A stretch of 64,000 bases of DNA from the human T2T-CHM13v2.0 reference genome, Homo sapiens. The DNA is taken from assembly GCF_009914755.1 (NCBI RefSeq), contig NC_060925.1. The stretch is one strand, 5' to 3'. Positions within the stretch are counted from its first letter, which is position 1. Every line of letters starts with the position of its first letter. The position numbers were made by a program, and so were the translations under genes. Below the pieces are notes generated by a model. The model had not been told where the DNA came from. It did no database searches and saw only the letters and a list, made by a program, of their open reading frames with translations. Of the stretch, positions 1 through 38,403 are shown one piece after another.

Positions 1-37
1 ACACATAACCGAATGCTTTATATGTATTATATCATTG

Positions 38-290
38 GTGTGTGCATATTTGTGGACGTGGAGGAGCGTGTGTGTGCATGTGTGTGTGTGCGTGTGTGCA
101 TGTGTGCATATGTGTGTGTATGTTTGTGTGTGCATGTGTGCGCGTGGGTGTGTGCATTGTGTGCATGTGTGTGTGCGTGTGTGTCCATGTGTTTGTGTGC
201 GTGTGCATGTGTGCATGTGTGTGCATGTGTGTGTGCATGTGTGTGTGCGTGTGTGTGTATGTGCGTGTGTGCGTCGCCTGTCCACGTATA
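38..290. repeat. (TG)n/(TGTGCA)n low-complexity alternating purine-pyrimidine tract
   Basis: Near-continuous GT/GC/AT alternation; source of the CV/HT-rich pseudo-ORFs. Confidence 0.95.
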
Positions 291-892
291 CTTGTGAATC
301 CATGGGCATGTATACACAGCTGAGATGCGTGCTAACAAGTTGCTGTATCTCTGAGTATAAATTGATGAGCTCCTACAAGGAGACGCCCAGTTAATTCATT
401 TTCCCAAGTTGATCAAGGGACATGAGAGAAACTGAGGCTCAAAGAGGTTGCTCAGGGTCTGGGTCATCCATTCTGTCACTGAGATGGAAACCAGGTGTCC
501 TGTCTCCCCGCTTCAGACCCTGCTAATTTCCAAGACCTATCACCTAGCTCAAGCCATATCTCTGCTTATGTTCCCAGTTTCCAGGCTAGAATGACCCTTT
601 GCAAGGCTTGGCAACCAAAAGCCCTGGGTCTGAAGCAGACTGGCCAGTAGCCACTGATAAACCTGTATCATGCACAACCAACCTCCAAAATGAAACAGAA
701 AATTCCCCGCAGGCTGAAGTCCCCAGACACCCCAGGACTGAGGCCTTGATGTCACCATAGCTGAGCAGAGCCCCCAGTGCACATTCCCACTTTTATCTTT
801 CTTAAAAAATTAAACCTATTGATTTTTATACTACCAAGGTAACTATGTTTGTTTTAAAAAAGAATTTAAGCTGCATAAAAATGTGTAGTTAG

Positions 893-1398
893 AGGCCAGG
901 CATGGTGGCTCACACCTGTAATCCTAGCACTTTGGGAGGCCTATGTGAGTGGATCACTTGAGGTCAGGAGTTCGAGACCAGCCTGGCCAACGTGGTGAAA
1001 CCCCGTCTCTACAAAAGGAACAAAAATTAGCCAGTGGCACTGGTCCCGGCTACTCAGGAGACTAAGGTAGGAGAATTGCTTGAACCTGGGAGGCAGAGGT
1101 TGCAGTGAGCCAAGATCGCACCACTGCACTCCAGCCTGGGCGACAGAGCGAGACTCCAACTCCATCTCAAAAAATAAATAAATAAATAAACAAACCAGCC
1201 TGGCCAACATGGTGAAATCCGGTCTCCACTAAAAATACAAAAATTAGCCGGGCATGGTGGTGGACATCTATAATCCCAGCTACTCGCGAGGCTGAGGAAG
1301 CAGAATTGCTTGAACCCAGGGGTGGAGGTTGCAGTGAGCTGAGATCGCACCACTGCACTCCAGCCTGGGCCACAGAGCAAGACTCTCAAAAAAAAAAA
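893..1398 (+). mobile_element. Full-length AluS followed by a 5'-truncated Alu (1195-1398)
   Basis: GGCCAGG start, two A-rich tails; flanks AAAATGTGTAGTTAGA / AAAAGTGTAAGTTAGA resemble one TSD. Confidence 0.9.
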
Positions 1399-2029
1399 GT
1401 GTAAGTTAGAATCCTCCTTCACCCCCAGATCACCGCTATGAATGGCGGGGTGCGTAGTGCTCTGAACTTTTCTATCAGGAAGGAATTCCTAAGGTGGCCA
1501 GTAGGCCCAGCTCAGAAAATGACCTTCAAGGGGAGCTCAGTATGAGTAGAGGGGAAACGGAAGACAGAATCTAACCAACCAGGCTGAGGCCAGGCCTTGG
1601 GGCGAATGGATCAAACCACATGTTCCAAGGGATGGCCAACCCCGAATGCCGGAGGCTCTGGTAGAATTTCTGCTACTCAGTGCTTTGGGCCCTCAGATCT
1701 GCCACTGACCTTGACATTCAAGTTACAGAATTGTAGAACTGAAAGGAGCCTGAAAGTCCATCTGGTCCTTTTGCCCATTTTAGAGATGGGGAAACTGAGG
1801 ACCTACAACTAAGCTGACTCCAGGAAGGAATCTGGCCAACTAAGCACCTTCCAGAGCCTGCTGCATCCCTGCCTCCAACCACAGCCCTGGAGGCAGGTGC
1901 AGGAGTGCATCAAGCCCAGGCAATTAGAAAGATGAGACAGAGAGAGAGCCAGGAAGCGATCCAATAGCACTAGAAAGGCAGAGAAGGAGCAGCATGTCTC
2001 CACAGCTTGAAGCCCCAGGCTGGTGTTAG

Positions 2030-2308
<279 letters not shown>

Positions 2309-2424
2309 TAACCGCGTCTATTTCATGTTGTTGGAAGAATTAAGTGAGATAATGCAAGAAGAATTGAGCACAATGCCTGACACACAGTAGGTGCCCAATA
2401 AATAACTAAAAAGAATAAGGTAAC

Positions 2425-2956
<532 letters not shown>

Positions 2957-3039
2957 TCAGAATTTTCTGTTTCAGGATATTTGGAAAATCCATACTTCTA
3001 AGAAAGCCCTGTCTCCTGCCCAAATTAAACAGTAACCAC

Positions 3040-3131
3040 CCAAGGTCAGGGAAAGGGCCTTATCAGAGCAGGTTTCTCTCCAAGGGGCGGTTTGGCCTTG
3101 ACCAGGTGCACTCACCTGCTCCTGCCTATAA
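3040..3131 (+). promoter_or_regulatory. CTRC: CTRC proximal promoter
   Basis: TATAA 3127-3131, 53 nt upstream of the ATG; E-boxes CAGGTG 3103 and CACCTG 3113; NR5A2-type CCAAGGTCA 3040 and TGGCCTTGA 3093; GATA (CTTATC) 3059. Confidence 0.7.
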
Positions 3132-3179
3132 GTGTGCCCCAGCCCATCCCGATGGTCAGCCAGTCCTGAGCACCTAACC

Positions 3180-11311
<8,132 letters not shown>

Positions 11312-11351
11312 TTTGTTGCTGGGAGCGGCGGCAGCGAGTCCCTGCAACAGC

Positions 11352-11357
11352 AATAAA
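11352..11357 (+). terminator. CTRC: CTRC proximal poly(A) signal
   Basis: AATAAA 40 nt after the stop. Confidence 0.85.
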
Positions 11358-12207
11358 CTTCCTTCTCCTCGGGCCACCTGGATCCTTGATTTGTGCAGCT
11401 TCTGTTGCTTCCCTCCTCTCTGGTGCTGCCCCTTTCCACACTATGGAGCCAAAGAGAGACCCCACTCAGCCAGTTTCCCCCACCCTGCATTAGACAGGTG
11501 GGGAAACAGAGGCCGGGAGAGAGGGCCAAGGAAGGAGCCTCCTGGGGCATTAATGGGAGGCAGGGGGCTGGGGTGGAGAGCCCAGGGAGTCCTGCGTGAA
11601 GCCGGAGGGGATGGGAGTGAAGGACGCATCAGACACCTTCCCCGCTCCATCTCACAAGCTGCGAACAGGTGAGACCCTGATGAAATCACTCGCTTCTCCG
11701 ATCCTACCTCCACCGAGGGGCCTGGCAGGTCCTCACAGCCCCCCAGCAGCAGGTGGAAGACAGGGTCTCCCCAAAAGCAGCGTCCCCCAGGCCAGAGAGA
11801 CCAGGCCACAGGAGGATGGCCAAAGCTCAGGGACAACCACTCCTGGGGAAGGGGCTCCCTAGCAGGGACCCCCCACCCCCACCCCGCAGCACAGACCCCA
11901 TGGCTGCTGTTGGCAGGGGCTCTCTGCTTTGAGAAGTGTTTAGTGAGCCAGCCCCTGTGTCCAGTCCTGTGCTGGGCATGATGAGGGTACAGGAAGAGGA
12001 AGAGACCCCAGCATCATCCTCAGGAGACATACGTTTGAAGAAGGCAATGGTTTCCACACAGAATCACAGTGGTCAGAGCTGGATATGCTTTCATTGCATT
12101 AGACAAGTGGGGAAACTGAGGCCCAGAGAGAGGAAGGAGTTGGGATAGCTGGCAATGCCTGATCCAGGAGAAGAGAGTTCTCCTGAGGCTGACAAGAGGC
12201 CAAGAGG

Positions 12208-12349
12208 AGCCAGAGATGAGATAGACCCAGTGTCCAGGGAGGGACATGCCAGTGGGATCAGACCCTGATGACAGGGGCAGCCAGAGATGAGAGAGATCCA
12301 ATGTCCAGGGAGGGACATGCCAGGGGGATCAGACCCTGATGATAGGGGC
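12208..12349 (+). repeat. 71-bp tandem duplication (2 copies)
   Basis: 12208-12278 vs 12279-12349, 5 mismatches. Confidence 0.9.
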
Positions 12350-12863
12350 CTCTGGCCTGGCCTGCTCCTGGGAATGTCCTGTTCTGTGGGGGTGCCCCCA
12401 GCCCAGCCTCTGGACCCCTCGCTGGAGAGCCCTCGGCTGCAGCTACCTCAGACTGGCCCAAGAGTTGTCCCTTTTCTCCACCAGACTTTGTCCCCTGGGA
12501 GTGGGGACCATGGTGTGACTCCCACACCCCCATGATGCCAAGGCAAGTCTCAGGAAAGACTTGACTTACTCAACAAGCAGTGGGAGCTACAGGGAGCCCA
12601 GCACCACCCAGACCCGGGAATCCAGGATGGGGGTACCCCAGCTGTGCAGGAGACAGACCAGTAAATAGATCATTAAATTCCCTGGTATACATTTGAAAAC
12701 AGAAATACAGACCAGAAGCATAGAAACAGGACACCTGAAGCAGTGTCAGTTGGCGGGAGGAATCCAGGATGGCTTCCTGGAGGTGATGATGCCCAAGCTT
12801 GGTCTTAAAATTTGACTAGAAGGTACCCAAGTACAGAACGTAGTCCTTCTTAAGTTTGCTTAA

Positions 12864-13595
<732 letters not shown>

Positions 13596-13959
13596 TAGTT
13601 AGGGAGCTAATTAAAATGTTAATTAATATTACAATGTTATTTAAGCAATGTTAAATAATATCTAACATTTATTGGGCACTTAGTATGTGCCAAGCACTAT
13701 CCTATAGGTTTTACATTATCTCAATCCCCAGAAACAATCCCATGAGGTAGGTTACTATTAACATCATGCCCATTTTACAGATGAGAAAACTGAGGCCAGA
13801 CAGGGTTAGTGACTTCCCAATGTGTGAACTAGAAGGTAGTGGAGCCGGAATCCAGACTTTAGTGATCTGACTCCAGGGCCTGTGCTCTTGTCCACCATGC
13901 TCTGCTGCCCTGCAATGTAAAACATCCTCCAGAAAAAAAATAAATAAATAAAAACTTCC

Positions 13960-14215
13960 CTGATGAGAAAGATCTGACATAGCTGGTGCTGCCCCTTCCC
14001 CTTCTTCCTGCCTTGAATATGGATGTGATGCCTGGAGCTGAGGCAGCCATCTTGTGGCCAAGATAATTACAGAGATGTCAGCTTAGACCTCATCAAGCTG
14101 TAGATCCCATGCCAGCCACCATTTTCCTCTGAATGTCTGGCTACGTGAAAAAAAATACATCTGCATTTGTTTTAGCCACCGAAGTAGATTTTCAGTTACT
14201 TGCTAATCAATTCAC
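13960..14215. mobile_element. MLT1-type MaLR LTR fragment
   Basis: TGATGCCTGGAGCTGAGGCAGCCATCTTG motif. Confidence 0.55.
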
Positions 14216-14845
14216 TAGGGAACAGAAGGGGTCACTTTCCAGCCAAGGGAACAGCATGAGCAAAGCTATAGCGACTGCTTGGAAGAAACTCCGGTGTTGC
14301 CAGAGCATAAAGTCAGGGGCAAGGGCAGAGTGACCAATTGTCCTGGTTTGCCTGGGCTGAGTTTTCCCAGACATGGGAGTTTCAATGCTAAAACTGGAAG
14401 AGTCCCAGGCAAACCAAGATGGTTGTTGCTTGGAGGGGCAAGTGACAAGGCTGGAGAGGAAGCAAACGCCCTTAGGGAAGGCCTTGTGCAGTGGTAGGGG
14501 CTGCTGGGACTTCCTGCTGAGGGCAGTGGGGGCTGTAGAGGGCTTTTAGATAGAGAAGTGGCCACTGTGGTCCGATGTGTACACTACAGTGTCCATCAGA
14601 CAGCTGTGGGGAGGGTGATTTGGAGCAGGCAAGAGTGGAGGCAGACAGGCCAGTAAGGAGGCTGCTGCAGCAGTCTAGGCCAGAAATAATGCAGCCCGGA
14701 TGGAGGCGGTAATGAAAAGGAGAAAAGGGAGGTTTCAGTAATTATTTAAGGGGTACAGTTGTAGCGTTGAGCAGCAAGCCTCCAGCCCCACATCTACACA
14801 AACTTCCAGGAATCTGATTAATTATCAAAACGATTGTTTGTCAGG

Positions 14846-15530
<685 letters not shown>

Positions 15531-15591
15531 GAGTGTAAAATTCTCAGCTTTGGGGACAAGATCCATTATTATGCCCAAGAATCAATGCCTA

Positions 15592-16078
15592 TGTATGGTA
15601 AACAGAATAATGCTCCCTGCAAAAGATGTGTACACCCCAATCCCCAGAACCTGTGAACATGTTACCTTACTCAGCAAAAGAGATTGTTCAGATATGATTA
15701 AATTAAGGATCTTCCCATGGAGTGACCATCTTGGATTATCTGGGTGGGGTCTGTGTAATCAATAAGGGTCCTTAGAACAGTGAGACAAGAAGGTCAGGGT
15801 CAGAGAGAGATTTAAGGATGCTACACTGCTGGCTCTGAAGATAGAGGAAGGGGCCATGAACCAAGGAATGCAGGCGGCCTCTGGAAGCTGGTAAAGGCCA
15901 GGAAATGGATTCTTCTCTACACCTCCAGAAGGGAACAGTCCTGCCTATACCTGGACTTTAGCCCAGTGAGGAAAAACTGTGGACTTCTGACCTCCAGAAC
16001 TACAAGATAATAAATGTGTGTGTTTTTTGCCACTAAGTTTGTGACAATTTATTACAACAGCAATAGGAACCAGATTCA
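15592..16078 (+). mobile_element. MLT1C/D-type MaLR solo LTR
   Basis: CAGAATAATG...CCCCAGAACCTGTGAA...CTTCTGACCTCCAGAACT...ACAGCAATAGGAA. Confidence 0.8.
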
Positions 16079-17306
16079 CCATCCTTCCTCCCGTGTTAGA
16101 AGGCAAAATCCAAAGCGCACTGTGGTGGGTGTAGTGGGGAGGGAGAAGGAGGGGTCAGGAAGGACTCCCTGGGATCTGGCTTGGGTGAGAGTAGGGATTT
16201 GTGGACTTTGTCCCAGAGGTCACAAACTGGTGGCTGGAAGGGAGGGAAACTGGAAACTTAGGCACTGACCCTCCCACCTCCACCTTCTGCCTGGGGGCTG
16301 GGAGGCCTGGAAGGGGCTGCTGAGAGCCCCACCAGCCACTGATCCACTAGTGTGCCATTGGATGCCTAATAGCCGTTGCGTGGCTAGCATATATTGAGCA
16401 CTTGCTAATTTGTGTTAGGCTCCGCCCAAGGCTTCATATATATGACCTCATTTCATCCTCATGGCAACCCTGTTTATTATCCCTCTTTACAGATGAGGAA
16501 ACTGAGGCTCAGAGAGATTTCAAACCTCAGCCCAGATCACACAGCTAGCAATGGGGCACCATGATTTAAACCCAGGTAGTCTAACTCCAGAGCCTGTGCA
16601 ACTAACAACTTGTGGTTCTGCCATGAATCCTAAAGTCTAAGGATGCCCTTGCACGCTGACCTCCTCTAGTGACCAGGGAGGTGTAGCCTGTGGGGGTGCC
16701 GAGAAGCCTCAATAAAACCAGCAATAAGCCCAGAGAGACAGAGGCTTGAGAGAATTATTGCTCCCAGATGCTCACAAAAGACTTTCAGCCACTGTATCAG
16801 CTACCAGAGGTGTGATAATGCTGCCTAACAACCTACCCCAAACTCCTAGTGGCATGCAGTGGTGAGCACTTATTGCTGACACATCTGGGGACAGTTGGGG
16901 CTGTCAGGCAGCCCTGCTAATTTGGGCTGGACTCACTCATATGTTTAGGGGTCAGCCAGGGTTGGCTGATCCAGTGTGGGTCAGACTGGGCAGCCTGGCT
17001 CTGCATGTCTCACCCACCTCCCGGGAGGGCCCTGCATGGCAAAGGGCATGGATGCAGGGAGGATGAAGAATCAGGGCCATCTTGGTCAGCCACCACATCC
17101 ACATTCTCTCTGACTCAAATGAGAAGCATAAACTAGGGCAGGGCAGAGGGAGGGCACTCACTGGGCTGGAGCTCTGAACTCACCACTGACAGGCAGTCAG
17201 TGGCTGAGTCACTTAACCTCCCTGGGCCTCAGTTTTCCCCATCTGTGAAATGGACACCTGCCCTGTCTCCTTACTGGGGAGCCAATGAAATGACAGAGGC
17301 TAGTGA

Positions 17307-17683
<377 letters not shown>

Positions 17684-18039
17684 TAAGAGAGGAAGGCTCA
17701 TTCCTAGCAGGCCTCAGACCTCAGGCCTCCGGCATATCCTTGGGGGTCCACTTCCCAGAAACTGAGTCCTATCAAGTTGAGACACAGGTTGAGTCTACAA
17801 AGGTCCTCATGGCAGTGGGCCAGGGGACCACGTGAAGGCAGAGAATAAACAGGCAGCATCTTCCCATAGCATCCATTTTCTGTGAAGATCAGAAGGGAAG
17901 AAAAAACTTTATATTGAAATGAACCCAGCTATATTATGAAGTTGCAAAATTCAAATTAAGCTTTCAGATGAAGAATGAGACTTCCAAGACATTTTGCTAT
18001 TGTTAGTGCTGCGTGCTAGACCCCAGATCATCACTTTAC

Positions 18040-18225
18040 TGCAAACTAGAGCCTGCAAACCAAATCTGTTTTGTAAATAAAGTTTTATTGGAACATGGCT
18101 ATGCCCATATGGCTGCTTTTGCACTGCAACGGCCGAGTTGACTAGTTGTGACAGAGACCATATGGTCTGCAAGTCTGAAATATTTAGTATCTGGCCCTTT
18201 ACACAGAAAGTTTGCCAGCCGCTAA
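18040..18225. mobile_element. MER58A-like hAT MITE
   Basis: GTAAATAAAGTTTTATTGGAACA...TATCTGGCCCTTTACACAGAAAGTTTGCC. Confidence 0.75.
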
Positions 18226-18457
18226 ACTACTTGGATTCTTTGATGAAAAGGTTTCAAGAATTCTGTGCTGCTCTAATATCGGAGGCCCGCAGGTCTAAGG
18301 AATTAAGAGTAAATGTTTATTGCACAGTTACTATTCTGAGTGCTTTCAGTGAATAAACTGTTGTTTGATTCTAACAATCCTAAGACATAAATGGTATTGT
18401 TATTGCTTCTCTTTGATAGGTGAGAAACTCAAGGAATAGAGTGAAATGTACCCTAGC

Positions 18458-18605
18458 CCAGTGCCTCTCAAATGTTAATATGCAGAGGAACAAAATCATC
18501 TGGGGATCCTATTAAACCACAGACACCGAAGATGGGAAATTCTGCATTTCTAACCAGCGACTGAGCTGTGCTGATGCTGCTGGCCCAGGCCACACTCCGT
18601 AGAGA
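18458..18605. mobile_element. MER5-like hAT MITE
   Basis: CAGTG..TCTCAAA...TCTGCATTTCTAAC...TGATGCTGCTGGCCC. Confidence 0.65.
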
Positions 18606-18736
18606 GGAGCCAAACCACAGACTCACTACACAGAGGCACTGGGGGTCTTAAGCCCAGGCCCCCAGCCCCTAAGCCACGTGGCTCCTCAGAGTAGTTGTTC
18701 TGAATGAGTCACAAACCCCGTGAGAATTTCGCATCT

Positions 18737-19027
18737 GGCCAGGCACGGGGGCTTACGCATGTAATCTCAGATCACCTGGGGTCAGGAGTTCGAGACCAGC
18801 CTAGCCAACATGATGAAACCCCGTCTCTACTAAAATTACAAAAAATTAGCCGGGCATGGTGGCGGGCACCTGTAATCCCAGGAACTCAGGAGGCAAAGGC
18901 AGGAGAATCGCTTGAACCTCCTGATGGAGGTTGCTGTGAGCCGAGATGGCGCCACTGCATTCCAGCTTGGGTGGCAGAGCGAGACTCTGTCTCAAAAAAA
19001 CAAACAAAAAACAAAGCAAAACAAAAA
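18737..19027 (+). mobile_element. Chimeric AluS at the left edge of copy A
   Basis: Left flank AGAATTTCGCATCT, right flank AATCCTGACAGC (non-matching TSDs); internal left-arm deletion. Confidence 0.9.
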
Positions 19028-19577
19028 ATCCTGACAGCAATGTGATGGAACAGACCAAGCATCTGTTCCTCTCCCTGTTTGTAGATAGGCACCCCGGGCC
19101 AGAAAGCCTGTGGGATTGGCCCAAGGTCACACAGCAAATTCACAGCAGGTGTTTGTTCAGTGGCCTCATACAGGACAAACTTTATTTTTATATTAAAACA
19201 AACAAAGATACAGAGCAGAACGCCAAATTCACATGAACCTTTAAGATAAAATATGAGACTTAAGAAATAGTTGGTTGCTGTAGTGACTCATACAGACCAC
19301 AAATGAGTCCAAACTGTTACAGGGATTATGGGATGGAGTTGGGACTGGAATCTACATCTTCTGACATCCAGTCCCATGGGATGCTGCCCCCCACCCAATC
19401 TTTCTCACCTTTGCACCATCCTAGGGAGATTGCAGAATTCTTTCCCACTCATTTTCTTACCCGTACAACAATCCTGCAATCCAGGCCTGGATGGTTATCT
19501 AGGAAAGTAAGGCCCAGAAGATAAGTGGCTTGTCCAGACCACCACACTCAAAATTGATGGATCAAAGACTTGAACTC

Positions 19578-20234
<657 letters not shown>

Positions 20235-20524
20235 TAAAGTGCATTTTCATCCACCAGATGAAGCCCTCCTCTGCCAGCGTTCTGCTTCCCCCCATCATTA
20301 GAGTGGCCAGATCCTAATTGTGCATGTCGGCCTTGCCTTCTGCTACATGTGCACCTTTCCCGCATTATGCAAATTCGGCTACATGTGCACCTTCCCCACG
20401 TTATACAAATCCTTACCACAATGTTGTGAAACAATACTGGGCATGGGTTTCTCTCCCTGTTTCACAGATGGGTCTAGAGACTTACATGACTCAGCCAAGG
20501 TCACATTGCAACCCCTGGTATGGC

Positions 20525-20742
20525 CTAGAACAGGCTTTCTCAGTCTCAGCACCATTGACATTTGGGGCAGGGCGAGTCCTATTGCCCAGTGCATTGTCGG
20601 GTGTTTAGCAGCGTCTCTGCTCCCTGCCCACTGGATGCCAATTTACATCAACCCCAGCCATGACAACCAAAATTCTCTCCAGATGTTGTCAAACGTCTCC
20701 TGGTGGGCTGAACCAGCCCCATTGAGAAATACTGCCTTAGAA
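20525..20742. mobile_element. MER20 (paralog about 39875-40092)
   Basis: CAGCACCATTGACATTTGGGGC...GACAACCAAAA..TCTCCAGA...TTGAGAAATACTG. Confidence 0.8.
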
Positions 20743-20794
20743 TGCTGTGGGCTCAGCATGCCACCTTAATCTTTTCATTGAAAACACAACTCCT

Positions 20795-21212
<418 letters not shown>

Positions 21213-21403
21213 CTAACACACAACATAATCTCTTCAAAACAGATGGAACCCATATTCCAATATCTACCTTTGGCATCTTTTTCAAAGTATTTCTAGGGTG
21301 ACACTTGGGAGGAAATGGGAAAAAAAAATATTTGGACACAAGCTCTTTTTTCCACTGGGCTTTGAGAAAACCCCATCTTGCGTGCTCTTACTGTATCTCT
21401 CAC

Positions 21404-21423
21404 TGATAAGTCCGCTCATAAAA
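21404..21423 (+). promoter_or_regulatory. CELA2A: CELA2A core promoter (GATA and TATA-like CATAAAA)
   Basis: TGATAAG at 21404; CATAAAA 21417-21423, 55 nt upstream of the ATG. Confidence 0.6.
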
Positions 21424-21471
21424 CCAGGGCCTTATCCAGGGCCACGCTTACAGAACTCCCACGGACACACC

Positions 21472-36708
<15,237 letters not shown>

Positions 36709-36767
36709 CCAAAAGAAGTCCCTGGGACTGTTTCAGACTTGGAAAGGTCACAGAAGGAAAATAATAT

Positions 36768-36773
36768 AATAAA
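36768..36773 (+). terminator. CELA2A: CELA2A poly(A) signal
   Basis: AATAAA 59 nt after the stop. Confidence 0.85.
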
Positions 36774-36835
36774 GTGACAACTATGCAAATCACATCTTGA
36801 TGAGAGATTTATTAGCAATCCGTCCTAACATCCAG

Positions 36836-37143
36836 GGCTGTGGGCACAGTGGCACAACCCTGTAATCCCAGCACTTAGCACTTTGGGAGGCCAAGGCAGG
36901 CAGATCACTCGAGTCCAGGAACTCAAGACCAGCCTGAGTAACATGGCATAACCCTGTCTCTACTAAAAATACAAAAATTAAATGGGCGAGGTGTTACCCA
37001 CCTGTAGTCCCAGCTACTCAGGAGGCTGAGGTGGGAGGATCACTTGAGCTCAGGAGGTAAAGACTGCAGTGAGCCAAGATCACTTAGTCGCACTCCAGCC
37101 TGGGCGACAGAGTGAGACCCTGTCTCAAAAAAAAAAAAAAAAA
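36836..37143 (+). mobile_element. Chimeric Alu at the right edge of copy A
   Basis: Shares private variants with the 56176-56467 Alu but is followed by AGAATTTCGCATCT. Confidence 0.9.
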
Positions 37144-37269
37144 AGAATTTCGCATCTACGTCACCCTGCCCTACTGAGACCTCAAGGACCCAGCCCACTT
37201 TAGAACCTGACACATGACATCGTTGTCCAACAATATATAAATGGAGCACTAAGCTCCAGCGAAGGAAGT

Positions 37270-38096
37270 GGGCTGTAGCAGCTTCCTGCACTCTGCCTCC
37301 TCTGCCTCTCTTTCCTCCCCTCCCAGCACAGAAGCCTGGATTTCTGTGCAGGCGCTGCCCCATGGGATCCCGGAGGTTCTGCCGAAACCTCATGGCCTAG
37401 GACCAAGGCTGGAGCCCGTGCTCCAGGCCTGGCCAATCAACACATTGCATCCCCTTCCCCACCACAGCGATTGGCTCAGGGATGGGCATGTGACCTGAGA
37501 CAGGTCCAATCAGAGAGGTTGCACGACTCGTGCAGGGAGCTACCGAGGGCTGTCACTCATTCACTGCATGGGTGTGAGGATGAGGGGATGTGAGGCTACA
37601 AAGCAAAACGAGAGGGGAAGGGGGAGACGGGGTTATTTTGCTCCCCAGCATACATCTGGCAATGTGTGGAGACATTTTTAGTTGCGGCAACTGTGTGGGG
37701 AGGGGGAGGGACTGGCATCTAGCAGCCTGGGGCCAGGGATGCTGTCAAACTCCTGCAAAGCACAAGACATAGACACAGCCCTCAAAACAAGAATCATCTC
37801 GCCCAAAATGTCAACACTGCTGCAGTTGAGGAACTCTGGACCAGAGATGCGGTGGTGATCTTGTCCTCAAGGAAGGGAGAACCCAGAGCAGCTACAGGCC
37901 ACTTAACGGAGCCTGAGATGAGACCTCAAAGCAGAAGGCAGAAGCAAAAGTTGAAGAAAAGCCAAGTCCAGGGACCATCACCAGGGCCCTGAACCCAGCT
38001 CTGCTCCTGGACTTTGCCATTTTGTGGCCCAATGAATGGCCCTTTGGCTTAAGCACAACTGAGTGAAGTTTTGTGTCACTTTCCAATCCTGAAAGC
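37270..38096. mobile_element. Old MaLR/ERVL-type LTR interrupted by MER20 (about 37625-37840); single-copy spacer
   Basis: GATTGGCTCAGGGATGGGCATGTGACC...CCAATCAGA; MER20 TGGCAATGTGTGGAGACATTTT...CCCAAAATGTCAA. Confidence 0.6.
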
Positions 38097-38403
38097 GGCT
38101 GGGTACAGTGGCTCACGCCTGTAATCCCAGCACTTTGGGAGGCCGAGGCAGGTGGATCACCTGAGGTCAGGAGTTCGAGACCAGCCTGACCAACATGGTG
38201 CAACCCTGACGCTACTAAGTAATACAAAATTAGCCGGGTGTGGTGGCGGGCACCTGTAATCCCAGCTACTCGGGAGGCAAAGGCAGGAGAATTGCTTGAA
38301 CCTCCTAGTGGAGGTTGCTGTGAGCCAAGATGGTGCGGCTGCATTCCAGCTTGGGTGACAGAGTGAGACTCTGTCTCAAAAAAAAAAAAAAAAAAAAAAA
38401 AAA
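38097..38403 (+). mobile_element. AluS at the left edge of copy B
   Basis: Retains its TSD: AATCCTGAAAGC / AGTCCTGACAGC. Confidence 0.9.

Noticed and set aside
13-394. Overlapping Cys/Val- and His/Thr-rich ORFs
   Set aside because: Translations of the (TG)n tract
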